The notes under the pieces were generated by a model, which was not told the DNA's origin, searched no databases, and worked only from the letters and a program-made list of their open reading frames with translations. Of a DNA stretch of 58,230 nucleotides, positions 28,316 to 37,689 are shown one piece after another (the stretch's first letter is position 1; every line of letters starts with the position of its first letter). The stretch lies in the IMG/VR virus record IMGVR_UViG_3300009034_000044, positions 1 through 58,230 of that record, one strand, 5' to 3'. The DNA comes from a virus (Duplodnaviria > Caudoviricetes). The position numbers and the translations under genes were made by a program.

Positions 28316-29728
28316 TTATAGTCCTACATGCGTTGGAGGCTCATATGGTGGTCTCCGTCTTGTTGGTCTTACATTAGCCATTCTTTTAATTTGTTCTTGT
28401 ATATATAATGCTGCATATTGCAAGGCATCATGTATATGGCTATAAAAGTTTTTCTTAGGATTTCCCAACTTATCTTTTATATATCCCTTTCCAAATCCAT
28501 TTCTTATTGTCTCACATTCTTCAGCATTTAATTGTAAAGACGGAACTCCCAAATCACATAATTGAGTAAGGAAATGCTCAACAGCACCTACTCTCGCAAC
28601 AGGAGAATTTGTTCGTGCTGGCTCAATAATAAAACCAGGAAATTCTTCGTGTAAAATATTATAACAAGTAATCTCATTTGCTGCACTTCTATCCCTACCT
28701 GTGGGGTCTCCAGTTATTATTATCTTATATCCATGATATTTAGTTGCAATCAATGGCTTTAAAATATTTCTTACAAACCTCTGTACTCCCATTGATGTAC
28801 TTACATATTCCTCAAGAACATTAAAGTGACCCATTGGTGTAACTTGTACAATTACAGCACATGGGGTTAATCCAAAATCCATTCCTATTATTAATGGTCT
28901 TCCAGGTACAGCATATAGTTTTGATTTTGCAGTATGAAGACTATCGGAATATGTATGCTCATATACAAGTTCGCCTTCTCTTACAAATCCATATTCATTG
29001 TCTATATATACCTTAATCCAATCAGGGTCTTTTCCTTGTATTAAGTTTTCATAATAATTTTCTGGCAACCATATTACATTTTCTGCTTCTGGAGAACGAC
29101 CAGATGGTTGAATAAACTGCTCTGCATTTTCTGGCTTATCTTTCTCAAAATAATTAAACCACCAACTACCTTCCTCTGGAGAATTTGTATCCAATATTAA
29201 TTGTGGTAAGGTACATCCACCATCTTTCTTTGCTGGAAATCTTCCAAGGGCAGGGTCTAAATTATCAAAAATAACTTTTGGAATTTCCCTTGCTTCATTT
29301 ATCCAAGCACCAGACAACTCCATAGACAAAAGATTTCTAACGTCTTTTGGTTTATCTAATGCTCTAAAACTAAATTCTATCTCAGTATCTTCAAATGCAG
29401 TTATGTAATAATCGTGGGTTGTAATTTTAAAAGTTCCAAAGTGTTCTTCTGGCAACCATTCAAGAACTTTTCTTATAGAACTATCTTTAAGTTGAGCATA
29501 AGTATTTCTCACAATAGCCCATCTTGACCTTCTAATCCCATCCCTGGGGTCGGGTGCTTGATTAAGTCCATTTTTTAATAGTTTCTGAACACAAACAGAA
29601 GACTTTCCAGAACCCCTACAGCCACGAACTGCAATTATTCTTTTATCGCAATTATAAAAACGATATAGCGTTGGAGCATCTTCAAAAGAATAATTAATCT
29701 CCACTGGTTTCTGACTCAATTCTTCCAT
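28316..29728 (-). CDS. terL: Terminase large subunit
   Basis: Walker A GCRGSGKS, RSRWAIVRNTY.QL, Walker B GAWINE, coupling DTN, nuclease IGMDFG and HIHDALQY. Confidence 0.93.
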   Translation of the reverse strand: MEELSQKPVEINYSFEDAPTLYRFYNCDKRIIAVRGCRGSGKSSVCVQKLLKNGLNQAPDPRDGIRRSRWAIVRNTYAQLKDSSIRKVLEWLPEEHFGTFKITTHDYYITAFEDTEIEFSFRALDKPKDVRNLLSMELSGAWINEAREIPKVIFDNLDPALGRFPAKKDGGCTLPQLILDTNSPEEGSWWFNYFEKDKPENAEQFIQPSGRSPEAENVIWLPENYYENLIQGKDPDWIKVYIDNEYGFVREGELVYEHTYSDSLHTAKSKLYAVPGRPLIIGMDFGLTPCAVIVQVTPMGHFNVLEEYVSTSMGVQRFVRNILKPLIATKYHGYKIIITGDPTGRDRSAANEITCYNILHEEFPGFIIEPARTNSPVARVGAVEHFLTQLCDLGVPSLQLNAEECETIRNGFGKGYIKDKLGNPKKNFYSHIHDALQYAALYIQEQIKRMANVRPTRRRPPYEPPTHVGL

Positions 29729-30155
29729 GTACTTCTATTTCCTTCTTTTCTCCACTTGGAGCTATAATGTTTAATATTACTCCCTGTCTTTGGGTCGGTT
29801 GCTGTTTAATAGATTCTGTTTTTAATAGAGATATAAGCAACTTATAGTATTCACCCCTATTTTTAATACTATTCTTAATCCACGTTACCATTCCCTTAAC
29901 ACCACCGACCTTATAAAAAACTTCATAAAAATCAGACTTAATTTTTTTAGAATCTATTGCCTTAAGTAGTCCTTTTACTTTTTCTTCAACTTCCTTTTCT
30001 ACCTTATCGTCAACCGTTAAGGAAAGTTCATCTAATTTAGCACTAACTTCCTGGAGTTTTCTTTCTTTAATCTTTTCTGCCCTTGCCAATCTTGCTTTTT
30101 GAATATTTTTCTGTCTCCAGTTGTCTTGTGCTTTTTCTAACTTTTCTGTTTTCAA
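29694..30155 (-). CDS. terS: Probable terminase small subunit
   Basis: Directly upstream of and overlapping terL; FY.VGGVKGM..W...Y KLL helical motif. Confidence 0.55.
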   Translation of the reverse strand: MKTEKLEKAQDNWRQKNIQKARLARAEKIKERKLQEVSAKLDELSLTVDDKVEKEVEEKVKGLLKAIDSKKIKSDFYEVFYKVGGVKGMVTWIKNSIKNRGEYYKLLISLLKTESIKQQPTQRQGVILNIIAPSGEKKEIEVHGRIESETSGD

Positions 30156-30427
30156 TGAAACTCTCCCCTTGATTCAATATGTACATCCCATTTTACATAT
30201 CTTACCCATTCAATTTTAGAGTCAGACATGCACTTATCAAAAAATTTAAAAAAGTTTATAACATCCTGATTAGTATAGGCACAAAATTCTATAACACTAC
30301 ATTCTTCCAAAACCCCATTCATGCTTTCATATGCTGGCATTAAAATATAATGGTCTAATGTCTTTTTTGCGATTTTAAGAACATATTGTGCTGAACTTTT
30401 ACTTGCTATTGTCTTGTAAAGGGTCAT
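30152..30427 (-). CDS. Hypothetical protein
   Basis: Start/stop overlaps with both neighbours. Confidence 0.55.
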   Translation of the reverse strand: MTLYKTIASKSSAQYVLKIAKKTLDHYILMPAYESMNGVLEECSVIEFCAYTNQDVINFFKFFDKCMSDSKIEWVRYVKWDVHIESRGEFH

Positions 30428-31296
30428 TAGTCGTCTTCCTCATCTTCCGTTAGTTCCCTTTCAAGTCTTTTCTTTTCACGTTCTTTAATTTTCTCACGTT
30501 TTTCGTGACATTCTTCTGGAGTTTTATGTTCATCATAAATAAAATTATAATAATTAACTTGTAGAAATCTGTAAATTCTATTAATCGGAATAAAATATCC
30601 CATATGAGTTATTGGATTTATTGAAAATCCAGATATGGTAACTGCAACTCTTGATGGGATTCCGATAAATTCATACAATCCATCATTTTCCTTTTCTTTA
30701 CCTGTACGATATATAGCACCACCAGAATTACCAAACATTGTCTGTGCATTAGACATCCAATATTTATAGTTTTCAATTTCATCATCCATACAAGTAATGC
30801 ATCCAGTTGTAGGAATTGGAGCATGACCCATTGCAGCACCACAAACAACAACATCATCAAATACATGGATGTTATTTACTTCCTTAACGTCATATATTTT
30901 TGCTACATGTGGCTGTTCCGTTTCCACATCTCTTAGTTTTAATAATGCCATATCTTCTTCTTCTATATACGCTACTATATCTGCTTCAACACCAAAACTT
31001 CCTACACAATGAGAAAAATTATTATATTTAAAAAACTCAACAGACACAGTTGCTCTTATATCTTTTTTGATGTCTTTACCTAAAATTGCGTTCCATGTTT
31101 TTTTAATTTCAATGGCATCTTCAATAACATGGTGATTAGTTAGAACATAAGTCTCTACTTCTCCTTTTGCGTTCTTTTTGCTATAAATAACTGTTCCACT
31201 ACCACCAGCCTTGTCTGTCCTTACCCTTACCGTTGGATAAAGAACTTGTTGATGAAGATTCTTAACATCGTGTTCTATACACTTACGTTCTGACAT
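30427..31296 (-). CDS. Trypsin-like (S1/HtrA-type) serine protease
   Basis: GSGTVI, LTNHHVI (His), DMALLK (Asp), GNSGG (Ser); probable start MSERK after AGGAGG. Confidence 0.9.
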   Translation of the reverse strand: MSERKCIEHDVKNLHQQVLYPTVRVRTDKAGGSGTVIYSKKNAKGEVETYVLTNHHVIEDAIEIKKTWNAILGKDIKKDIRATVSVEFFKYNNFSHCVGSFGVEADIVAYIEEEDMALLKLRDVETEQPHVAKIYDVKEVNNIHVFDDVVVCGAAMGHAPIPTTGCITCMDDEIENYKYWMSNAQTMFGNSGGAIYRTGKEKENDGLYEFIGIPSRVAVTISGFSINPITHMGYFIPINRIYRFLQVNYYNFIYDEHKTPEECHEKREKIKEREKKRLERELTEDEEDD

Positions 31297-31427
31297 ATAC
31301 TTATCCTCCTTGTTCTTTTTTGGGATTATTACCACTCTTGGATAATATACTAATTTTAGACAATATATCAATTTTTATCTTTATATGTTCCAGCGTCTTT
31401 TTAATCTCAAATATTTCAACTTCAACT

Positions 31428-31667
31428 TTATTCATGTTCCATTAACCACGCCCTTATAAACTTATTAACTTCTTCTATCTTTTTTCTTAGTTCTCTTATG
31501 TCTTCTATTCTTGCATAATTAGTTAACATTTCTCTTTCTAATCTACTTAGTCCATTTGGTTTTTGCTTGTTAAATAAATTCTTTAATGCAATCTTAATTA
31601 TCTCCCAAGTTACAAGACCACCAAAAATCATTAACGCATAAGTAGCGTAGGTAATTGAATTATCCAT
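31428..31667 (-). CDS. Single-TM coiled-coil lysis-module protein
   Basis: N-terminal TM plus coiled coil; follows the endolysin. Confidence 0.5.
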   Translation of the reverse strand: MDNSITYATYALMIFGGLVTWEIIKIALKNLFNKQKPNGLSRLEREMLTNYARIEDIRELRKKIEEVNKFIRAWLMEHE

Positions 31668-32127
31668 GTAAAAAAATCTCCCTTTCTGCCCTTCTTCTCC
31701 TTAATAATCCCTTAACAATTCTACCACCAGCCCTACACCATCTTGGAAATTCATCAGCAGCAGATTCATATTCTCCCCTGTTTAGTTTCATCCTTAATGT
31801 GCTTCTCTGCAATGCTCCTGCTCCTAAGTTAAAAGTAAAACTTATAAGTGCATCACGTTGACCTTGAGACAAGGGAACTTTAATGTATCTCGTAACTGCG
31901 TATTCATATACTCGTATATCTTTTTTTATGAGAACATCACCTTCTATTTTATTCATTGGTTCTTTAAAGATTTCACCTACTCTTAGTGCATGACCATAAC
32001 CAATACTTTTATAACCACCCAAACATATATAAATATAAGCTGCAAACCCTTCAAATGATTTTATAAAGTTTGCTCCTGCTTGAGATATGGTTGTGTTGAT
32101 ATAATTGAAAATGGTAGATATGGTCAT
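31660..32127 (-). CDS. Endolysin, GH24 phage lysozyme
   Basis: IKSFEG..Y.C.GGY.SIGYGH, DALISFTFNLG, STL, AADEF.RW, GL.RRR.AE. Confidence 0.92.
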   Translation of the reverse strand: MTISTIFNYINTTISQAGANFIKSFEGFAAYIYICLGGYKSIGYGHALRVGEIFKEPMNKIEGDVLIKKDIRVYEYAVTRYIKVPLSQGQRDALISFTFNLGAGALQRSTLRMKLNRGEYESAADEFPRWCRAGGRIVKGLLRRRRAEREIFLHG

Positions 32128-32128
32128 G

Positions 32129-32566
32129 TTATTTTCTCATCCTCATAAATGCTCTCTGACCAAACCAGAACATAACAACAGCAGACAACAATTCAAAATC
32201 CCAATCTGTCCACAATTCTTCAAGAGGAACATCTGTGTATAAAAATGCATTAATTTTTAATGCAAGATAAAATCCCATAAAAGCATATGTTATAACTGGT
32301 CTAACAGAGCTTACTAAAAAATTAGCTAATCCATCAAGAAACCTAAAGCCAGTAATTTGAGGCTTTCCATAATCATATAAGTGCTGTGATTCTGCTACAT
32401 CTGCTTCAATCTGTGCTTCCTCTATCCTATATTTATGCTCCATGGTTCTGTGTCTAATTTGCATTTCAAGCAACAAAAGTTCTTGTTTCTTATCTGCCTT
32501 ATCCTGGAAAAACTTAAGGATAGTTGGAATTGCAGAACCTAATAATCCTATTATTGCTCCTATCAT
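32129..32566 (-). CDS. Holin (3TM GTA-type-like)
   Basis: SVRPVITY and V.FWFGQR motifs; adjacent to the lysozyme. Confidence 0.7.
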   Translation of the reverse strand: MIGAIIGLLGSAIPTILKFFQDKADKKQELLLLEMQIRHRTMEHKYRIEEAQIEADVAESQHLYDYGKPQITGFRFLDGLANFLVSSVRPVITYAFMGFYLALKINAFLYTDVPLEELWTDWDFELLSAVVMFWFGQRAFMRMRK

Positions 32567-32567
32567 T

Positions 32568-32957
32568 TTATTCTTCTCCTAATCCCTCCAAAAACCTTTC
32601 AAGATTAACAATATCCTGAGCCGATAACTGTATTTTGTCAAGTAATTTAATGTCTGTAGCAATAAAAGATACTTCAACTTCTTCTTTCATTAATTCTCCA
32701 TATTCTTTGGCAAACTCTTTGGCATTTTCTGGTTTAACTTGAACATTTAATCCATCTGGAGTTTCTTCTCCATATCTCTTGACTAATTTTTGTCTGTTTT
32801 CTTCAAGTAGTTTATACTCAGCAATTATAGATTTAGCGAGTTTGGACAATCTATATGCTGTTTTAATCGGCAAGTCCTTTCCAATTAACTTAGCCAGGGA
32901 ATTTCTAATATCCTCCAATTCCCCTAAGCTGATTTTTTCAATCTTAATTTCTACCAT
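32568..32957 (-). CDS. Conserved phage protein (DUF1617-like)
   Basis: LPIKTAYRLSK...EE.RQKLV.RYG...ELMKEEVE. Confidence 0.6.
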   Translation of the reverse strand: MVEIKIEKISLGELEDIRNSLAKLIGKDLPIKTAYRLSKLAKSIIAEYKLLEENRQKLVKRYGEETPDGLNVQVKPENAKEFAKEYGELMKEEVEVSFIATDIKLLDKIQLSAQDIVNLERFLEGLGEE

Positions 32958-32971
32958 TTTAACTTACCTCC

Positions 32972-33772
32972 TTAGTAAATTAAATATTTAGTGTTTAAAT
33001 AGCTATTAAGTTGGGCTACCTGTTCATCAGTAATAGCAACTGTATATATACCACACTCCGCAAGGTCGCCATAAAATGGTTTCCATGTAACCCCTGTTTT
33101 ACTATCGAATAAGTCAAACCAATCATAAATTGTATACCACAATGTAGTAGGGATAGGTGAGAGATATGTTAGTGTTCTCTCTATTCCATTACGCCAAACT
33201 CTTAATTTTGTAGCATCGGTACTTTGTGTTCCATCGTATACAACAACTACAATATTGAAAGCATTATTTACAAGAATATCAGATTCAACTCCGTGGTAAA
33301 CACCATTGTTGCATATATACTGGTACATATCATCTGTAGCACAAAAACCCATTTCAGTCCTATTCTTGCCATTATATCTTATGCCCATCAATATTTCCTC
33401 TGTACGTTCAATATCAGCGACAGATGCTACATAGAAAAATGTTGCCTTAGCTGTTCCTCCTATTTGCCCATACACATTATCATTCTGCATCCTATCGTCA
33501 ATGCCATCGGCTCTTACTATTGGCTTACTATTCAATATATTTGTTTTGTAAAGTGGCTGGTTATCTTCTTCAGTTTGTGTAAAATGAAAATTACCACCAC
33601 TTTCATCTTCCCATATTTCTATGGGGTCATTATCATTCAAGCCAACAATACCATCAGCACGCAACCATAAAACACATCCATCTATGTTGGTAGGAATAAA
33701 TCCGTTATCTGCTATAGTTGTTGTGCGACCAAATAAAGTAATCATTATATATACTATGCCTCCTGAGTCCAA
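32972..33772 (-). CDS. LamG/concanavalin-like virion protein
   Basis: LWLRADG, W.DESG, GDLAE..IY...YLNTKY. Confidence 0.7.
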   Translation of the reverse strand: MDSGGIVYIMITLFGRTTTIADNGFIPTNIDGCVLWLRADGIVGLNDNDPIEIWEDESGGNFHFTQTEEDNQPLYKTNILNSKPIVRADGIDDRMQNDNVYGQIGGTAKATFFYVASVADIERTEEILMGIRYNGKNRTEMGFCATDDMYQYICNNGVYHGVESDILVNNAFNIVVVVYDGTQSTDATKLRVWRNGIERTLTYLSPIPTTLWYTIYDWFDLFDSKTGVTWKPFYGDLAECGIYTVAITDEQVAQLNSYLNTKYLIY

Positions 33773-34758
33773 ACTCCAGACCTACCTATTACTATCCATC
33801 CGTCTGCACTATCACCAACAAGTGTTACATAATCTCCTGCACCACTTGCACTTGTAATTTGTTTACCATCTCCTGTGGTTGCTCCATTAAGAATAATTCT
33901 ATCATTATCATTAGGGTCAATTATTATTGCATTTGCTCCAGTGGAATATACTGTAACTACACTTCCTACTGCAACTACTGGTAAGGTTATGGTTGCTACT
34001 GCTGTTACAAGTATCAAATATCCACGACATTGCTCTACTGTCAATAATTGACTTGCACCATAAGAGGTTACGTTAATACGAGAAGAACATGTTCCTTCAA
34101 ATACATTTTTAGAATTTGCACCAGCAGAATAAAGATTGTAATGTGCTGTGGCTTCGGATATAGTATTCTGTGCTTCGATATATAAACCATGGATAGTTCC
34201 TATGTTTCCAGTTATAGCACCATCTTTAGTTGGAGACTTAATTAATGAACCATATGCATTAACAATTGATATGTCTGTATGTCCAATATTTATTTCAAAC
34301 CTTCCAGCTATTGCAGATGATACTATTACTCCATGCATATCTGCCAAACCAGCTATCGCTTTATTTTCTGAACCAATCAATTCAGTAATAGTTCCAGAGC
34401 CAAATCCAGTTACCGTTGCTATAAGTTGACCACCTACTATTTTATCTGCATTTTTTATTCCACCAACAGCATAAAGACTTGCATAAATATATGCACCACT
34501 TACCTCATTGATATTTACTGTATCTGTACCAGTAAGGTAATTGGCTGATGCACCAAGCGTTGCACCCCTGGAATAAATATTTCCTGTTAATTTACTGGTA
34601 TCAGATATTGCATATATAGAATATAATCTGTCAATATCATTTTTTGCTGATATAAGAAAAAGCGGAGCATAATACAAATTCTGTATTGTATAACCACTTG
34701 GAAAATCATTTCCCAAAATTAATTTTTCTTGCGACCTATATATTATAGTTTCTACCAT
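33754..34758 (-). CDS. Fibre-like virion protein
   Basis: Gly/Ala/Thr-rich beta repeats; C-terminal TITLP...GD.VTLV...W domain. Confidence 0.55.
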   Translation of the reverse strand: MVETIIYRSQEKLILGNDFPSGYTIQNLYYAPLFLISAKNDIDRLYSIYAISDTSKLTGNIYSRGATLGASANYLTGTDTVNINEVSGAYIYASLYAVGGIKNADKIVGGQLIATVTGFGSGTITELIGSENKAIAGLADMHGVIVSSAIAGRFEINIGHTDISIVNAYGSLIKSPTKDGAITGNIGTIHGLYIEAQNTISEATAHYNLYSAGANSKNVFEGTCSSRINVTSYGASQLLTVEQCRGYLILVTAVATITLPVVAVGSVVTVYSTGANAIIIDPNDNDRIILNGATTGDGKQITSASGAGDYVTLVGDSADGWIVIGRSGVWTQEA

Positions 34759-34774
34759 TTTTCCACCACCTACC

Positions 34775-35128
34775 TTACATCATCTTCAAGAATGTAGGAG
34801 AAAATCCCACATACACTTTTGTAGTTCCTGTTTCAGTTAGGGCTGTAATATTTCCTCTAACATATTCTATAACCTTACCCTCTACATGATACATAGCTGC
34901 TTTTGCTGTTATTTCTCCAGCAGTAAGACCATGACTTGCCAGGGTAAACCAATGACTTCCATTAAGAGAACCCTCTAAGTCAACAGTCATTGCTGTTACA
35001 GAACCTCCACTATTAGTCCACCATATCTGAACAGTATATTTATTGAGAAACTTGATGCGTTGACCATCTCCAACACGATAGGCAAGACCAGCACCAGTTG
35101 CCTCTACTCCATCTAAAAGTAAAACCAT
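34775..35128 (-). CDS. Beta-sandwich virion decoration-like protein
   Basis: TVDLEGSLNGSHWFTL...YVRGNIT motif. Confidence 0.55.
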   Translation of the reverse strand: MVLLLDGVEATGAGLAYRVGDGQRIKFLNKYTVQIWWTNSGGSVTAMTVDLEGSLNGSHWFTLASHGLTAGEITAKAAMYHVEGKVIEYVRGNITALTETGTTKVYVGFSPTFLKMM

Positions 35129-35131
35129 TTT

Positions 35132-35341
35132 TTAAGTACCTCCTTTAATTTTATCAAGTGGAATCGCTTTTTCCCAACGCCATCCACATTCACAAACTAC
35201 ATCGTAGTTGTAATATATACTTCTATGTATTTGTCTTTTACAAAGTGGACATGTCATTATAACATTTATTCCAATTTGCATATTACACGATTCATGTACT
35301 TCCTTACAAATCTTTTTTGTAAATTCTATTACTCTACTCAT
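35132..35341 (-). CDS. Small Zn-finger protein
   Basis: CPLC...CECG. Confidence 0.55.
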   Translation of the reverse strand: MSRVIEFTKKICKEVHESCNMQIGINVIMTCPLCKRQIHRSIYYNYDVVCECGWRWEKAIPLDKIKGGT

Positions 35342-35344
35342 TTA

Positions 35345-35593
35345 TTAAACCTTACCATCTATAATCTTAATTACATCTTTTAAAAGAAACCTACATTTAA
35401 TTTCTATTAAATCTTTCATGGCATCTATAGCTCTATCCCTATCTGTGTCCGTAGCCATGAGACCTCCAAACCTGAAACAATAAATATAGTATTCGTTATG
35501 TAATTTTCGGATTTTGATTTTGAACTTACGCCCAAGAACGGTTATATAGATATGTTCTATTTGACAGGGTTTATCGTTAGGGATGTCCTTCAT
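35345..35593 (-). CDS. Small HicB-like protein, first gene of the leftward transcript
   Basis: YYIYCFRFGGLMATDTDRDRAIDAMKDLIE resembles HicB N-domain; no SD, follows the promoter closely. Confidence 0.45.
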   Translation of the reverse strand: MKDIPNDKPCQIEHIYITVLGRKFKIKIRKLHNEYYIYCFRFGGLMATDTDRDRAIDAMKDLIEIKCRFLLKDVIKIIDGKV

Positions 35594-35601
35594 AATACCT
35601 T

Positions 35602-35630
35602 ATTATAGCATATCCACAAAATATTTACAA
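35602..35630 (-). promoter_or_regulatory. Sigma70-type leftward promoter
   Basis: TTGTAA-17 bp-TATAAT with TG extension. Confidence 0.7.
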
Positions 35631-35728
35631 GTATTATTATAAGCGTATGTATGCACAACATGGGCATTGTAAACCTTTAAGGTTTCCGTTGTAAACCTTA
35701 TATCATATAAGTCAAAAACCATTTTCTT

Positions 35729-36083
35729 TACACACGTTTATGTGAAGTGTACCCGATATGGACATAAAATCAATAGGTTAAACGCTGCCTATATTTCAGT
35801 CATATATGTGAAAGCACCCGAAAACCCTGAAATATCAAGGAGTTACGGAGAAAATAACCTATTCCTATATATATCTTATTATAATATATATAGTATATAT
35901 AGGGATTAAAAACCTATTATAGCGTAAAGTATTGTTATTAAACGATTTACAGGCACAGTTCACACGTTTATGTGAATAACCTCAAGGGCTACAGAAGACT
36001 TCACCCATTTATGTGAAAACAGAGGGTATCGTAACTACTGGATATATAAGGGAGAATAGACCAACTTCAGCCATTTATGTGAA
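35729..36083. repeat. Five 18-bp quasi-palindromic iterons TTCAnnnRTWTATGTGAA with two IHF sites and an AT-rich inverted repeat
   Basis: Copies at ~35729 (degenerate 5' end), 35795, 35959, 36000, 36066; WATCAA-N4-TTR at 35768 and 35833; CCTATATATA/TATATATAGG at 35864-35903. Confidence 0.8.
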
Positions 36084-36349
36084 ATGGATATAAGAGTGTT
36101 TTTGACAAAATGGCTATTGCAAGTGAGGAGGACATAGATATGTAATCGCCCCCTCTTTTGAAAGCTACGCCCCCCTCCCCATGCAAAAAAATAAGTATTG
36201 TTTTTGACATCGTGACCATGCCTGAATTAATAAACATACTTAAAAAGGTAAATAATATATATGTTATATATACTCTTAAGGATAAATATAGTAATGATTA
36301 TATATACTATAAATACAGTAATTACGATTAATATAGTCAACCGTAAAGA

Positions 36350-36412
36350 TGGCATGGTTTATGCTAAGGTCATAGATTGTGATTTAAGTGGAATGATGAT
36401 TGCACACGTCAT
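36350..36412 (+). promoter_or_regulatory. Two tandem sigma54 -24/-12-like boxes
   Basis: TGGCATGGTTTATGCT (36350) and TGGAATGATGATTGCA (36389), GG-N10-GC, each followed by GTCATAGA. Confidence 0.5.
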
Positions 36413-36545
36413 AGACTACCAGAATGACCACATTCTTTCATTATTTTATTCTTTCAAGTAAGATTGTAAGACAGTAAGATTTATAACATACTGTAATTAT
36501 TCTATTATATAATGTTTATAATCTATTAATGATTTTATTATACTA

Positions 36546-36656
36546 TGTAATCGGTTACATATATTGTGTAATTCATTACATACTGTTTTATCCTTATATT
36601 ACAATCGGTTACGACATAGTGTGTAATTGGTTACATAGTCTATGTAATCCGTTACA
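36546..36656. promoter_or_regulatory. Four TGTAA-N4-TTACA palindromes (candidate enhancer/UAS)
   Basis: 36546, 36567, 36622, 36643: two pairs, each spaced 21 bp. Confidence 0.8.
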
Positions 36657-36702
36657 TAGTATACTTATGTCTTGATACTGGCGACAATAAAATATCCCAT
36701 GT

Positions 36703-36756
36703 TATCAAGAGGTTATCTATTTTGGCACAATAAATAATCTTGGCACGATGTTTGCT
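36703..36756 (+). promoter_or_regulatory. IHF site plus sigma54 promoter P1
   Basis: TATCAAGAGGTTA (36703-36715), then TGGCACGATGTTTGCT (36741-36756), a perfect TGGCACG-N4-TTGCT. Confidence 0.8.
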
Positions 36757-36786
36757 TACATAAATATAATGGAAGGTGGTGATAAA

Positions 36787-36987
36787 ATGAAGTATATATG
36801 GAATTACCGACATGATATTAAGGTCAATATATCAACCGTTAAGCAATTTACGGTTAGCGAGGTTTACTACGGAGCTAAAATAATTTATGAGGTTAGGGCA
36901 TGGTACAATACAAATGACTATCACACGATAGACAAATTTGAAAGTATAACGGATGCTTATGACCTTATAGACACGATAGCAATTTAA
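36787..36987 (+). CDS. First early gene, hypothetical (start MKYIW)
   Basis: GGAAGGTGG SD downstream of the predicted sigma54 start site. Confidence 0.6.
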   Translation: MKYIWNYRHDIKVNISTVKQFTVSEVYYGAKIIYEVRAWYNTNDYHTIDKFESITDAYDLIDTIAI

Positions 36988-37133
36988 TAAGGAGATTGAC
37001 AATATAACGGATGTTAAAATAGCGAAAGTATTTACTATAAATACTATTTATACTGTAAATATAATATAATGTATAGATACTCCATTAGTCGAACATTTAA
37101 TTTAAATGACTATGTAGTGGACTTCCAAAAGTA

Positions 37134-37219
37134 TGTAATAGATTACATATATTTTAATATAATTATTACTCATGTATTCTTTAATATCAAGGATTTGTCA
37201 ATCTGGCATGAAGTTTGCT
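37134..37219 (+). promoter_or_regulatory. UAS, IHF site and sigma54 promoter P2
   Basis: TGTAATAGATTACA (37134), TATCAAGGATTTG (37185-37197), TGGCATGAAGTTTGCT (37204-37219). Confidence 0.75.
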
Positions 37220-37231
37220 TATATAAATAAC

Positions 37232-37675
37232 ATGGATGTGAATACAGCTATAAAAACTCCGATTTTAACAGCATCACATGCTATGGAGATTATTGATTTA
37301 TTGTCTAAAGAGTTTGATATCGAGACACCTAAGTTAATAATGAAAGCTCATATATATACTTCTGCTGATTATGTAAATAATACCATTAAAATAGATAATA
37401 CAAAATATGGATACTTTCAATATGCATTGTCTATGGAAGATATTATTCTTCATGAGTTTACTCACATCTTAACGTGGGTGAAGAATAAAAATGATATGAT
37501 TAAAACTACTGGTAATTACTATGAAGGTTACAGAGTAAGATATTTACATCATGGTAAGGCATTTCAAAGAAATCTACTGTTAGTGATTAAAGCATGGTAT
37601 AAAGATATCAATAAATATAACTGGAAAAACGAATACATCGCCATTGCTAAAGCATATAAAAACAATAAAATTTAG
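37232..37675 (+). CDS. SprT-like zincin metalloprotease (probable near-leaderless start MDVNT)
   Basis: ILHEFTH...HHGKAF. Confidence 0.7.
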   Translation: MDVNTAIKTPILTASHAMEIIDLLSKEFDIETPKLIMKAHIYTSADYVNNTIKIDNTKYGYFQYALSMEDIILHEFTHILTWVKNKNDMIKTTGNYYEGYRVRYLHHGKAFQRNLLLVIKAWYKDINKYNWKNEYIAIAKAYKNNKI

Positions 37676-37689
37676 TGGAGGTTTAGTAT

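Noticed and set aside
5808-34429. Numerous short plus-strand ORFs inside structural genes
   Set aside because: Antisense shadows without SD or protein-like motifs.
36261-36461. 66-aa plus-strand ORF, and the upstream extensions of ORFs 36748 and 37172
   Set aside because: Low-complexity AT-rich sequence overlapping sigma54 boxes; the extensions start inside or before the promoters.
35729-36656. Repeats as a CRISPR or mini-array linked to the Cas4-like gene
   Set aside because: Units are 14-18 bp, degenerate and irregularly spaced; Cas4-like nucleases are common stand-alone phage genes.
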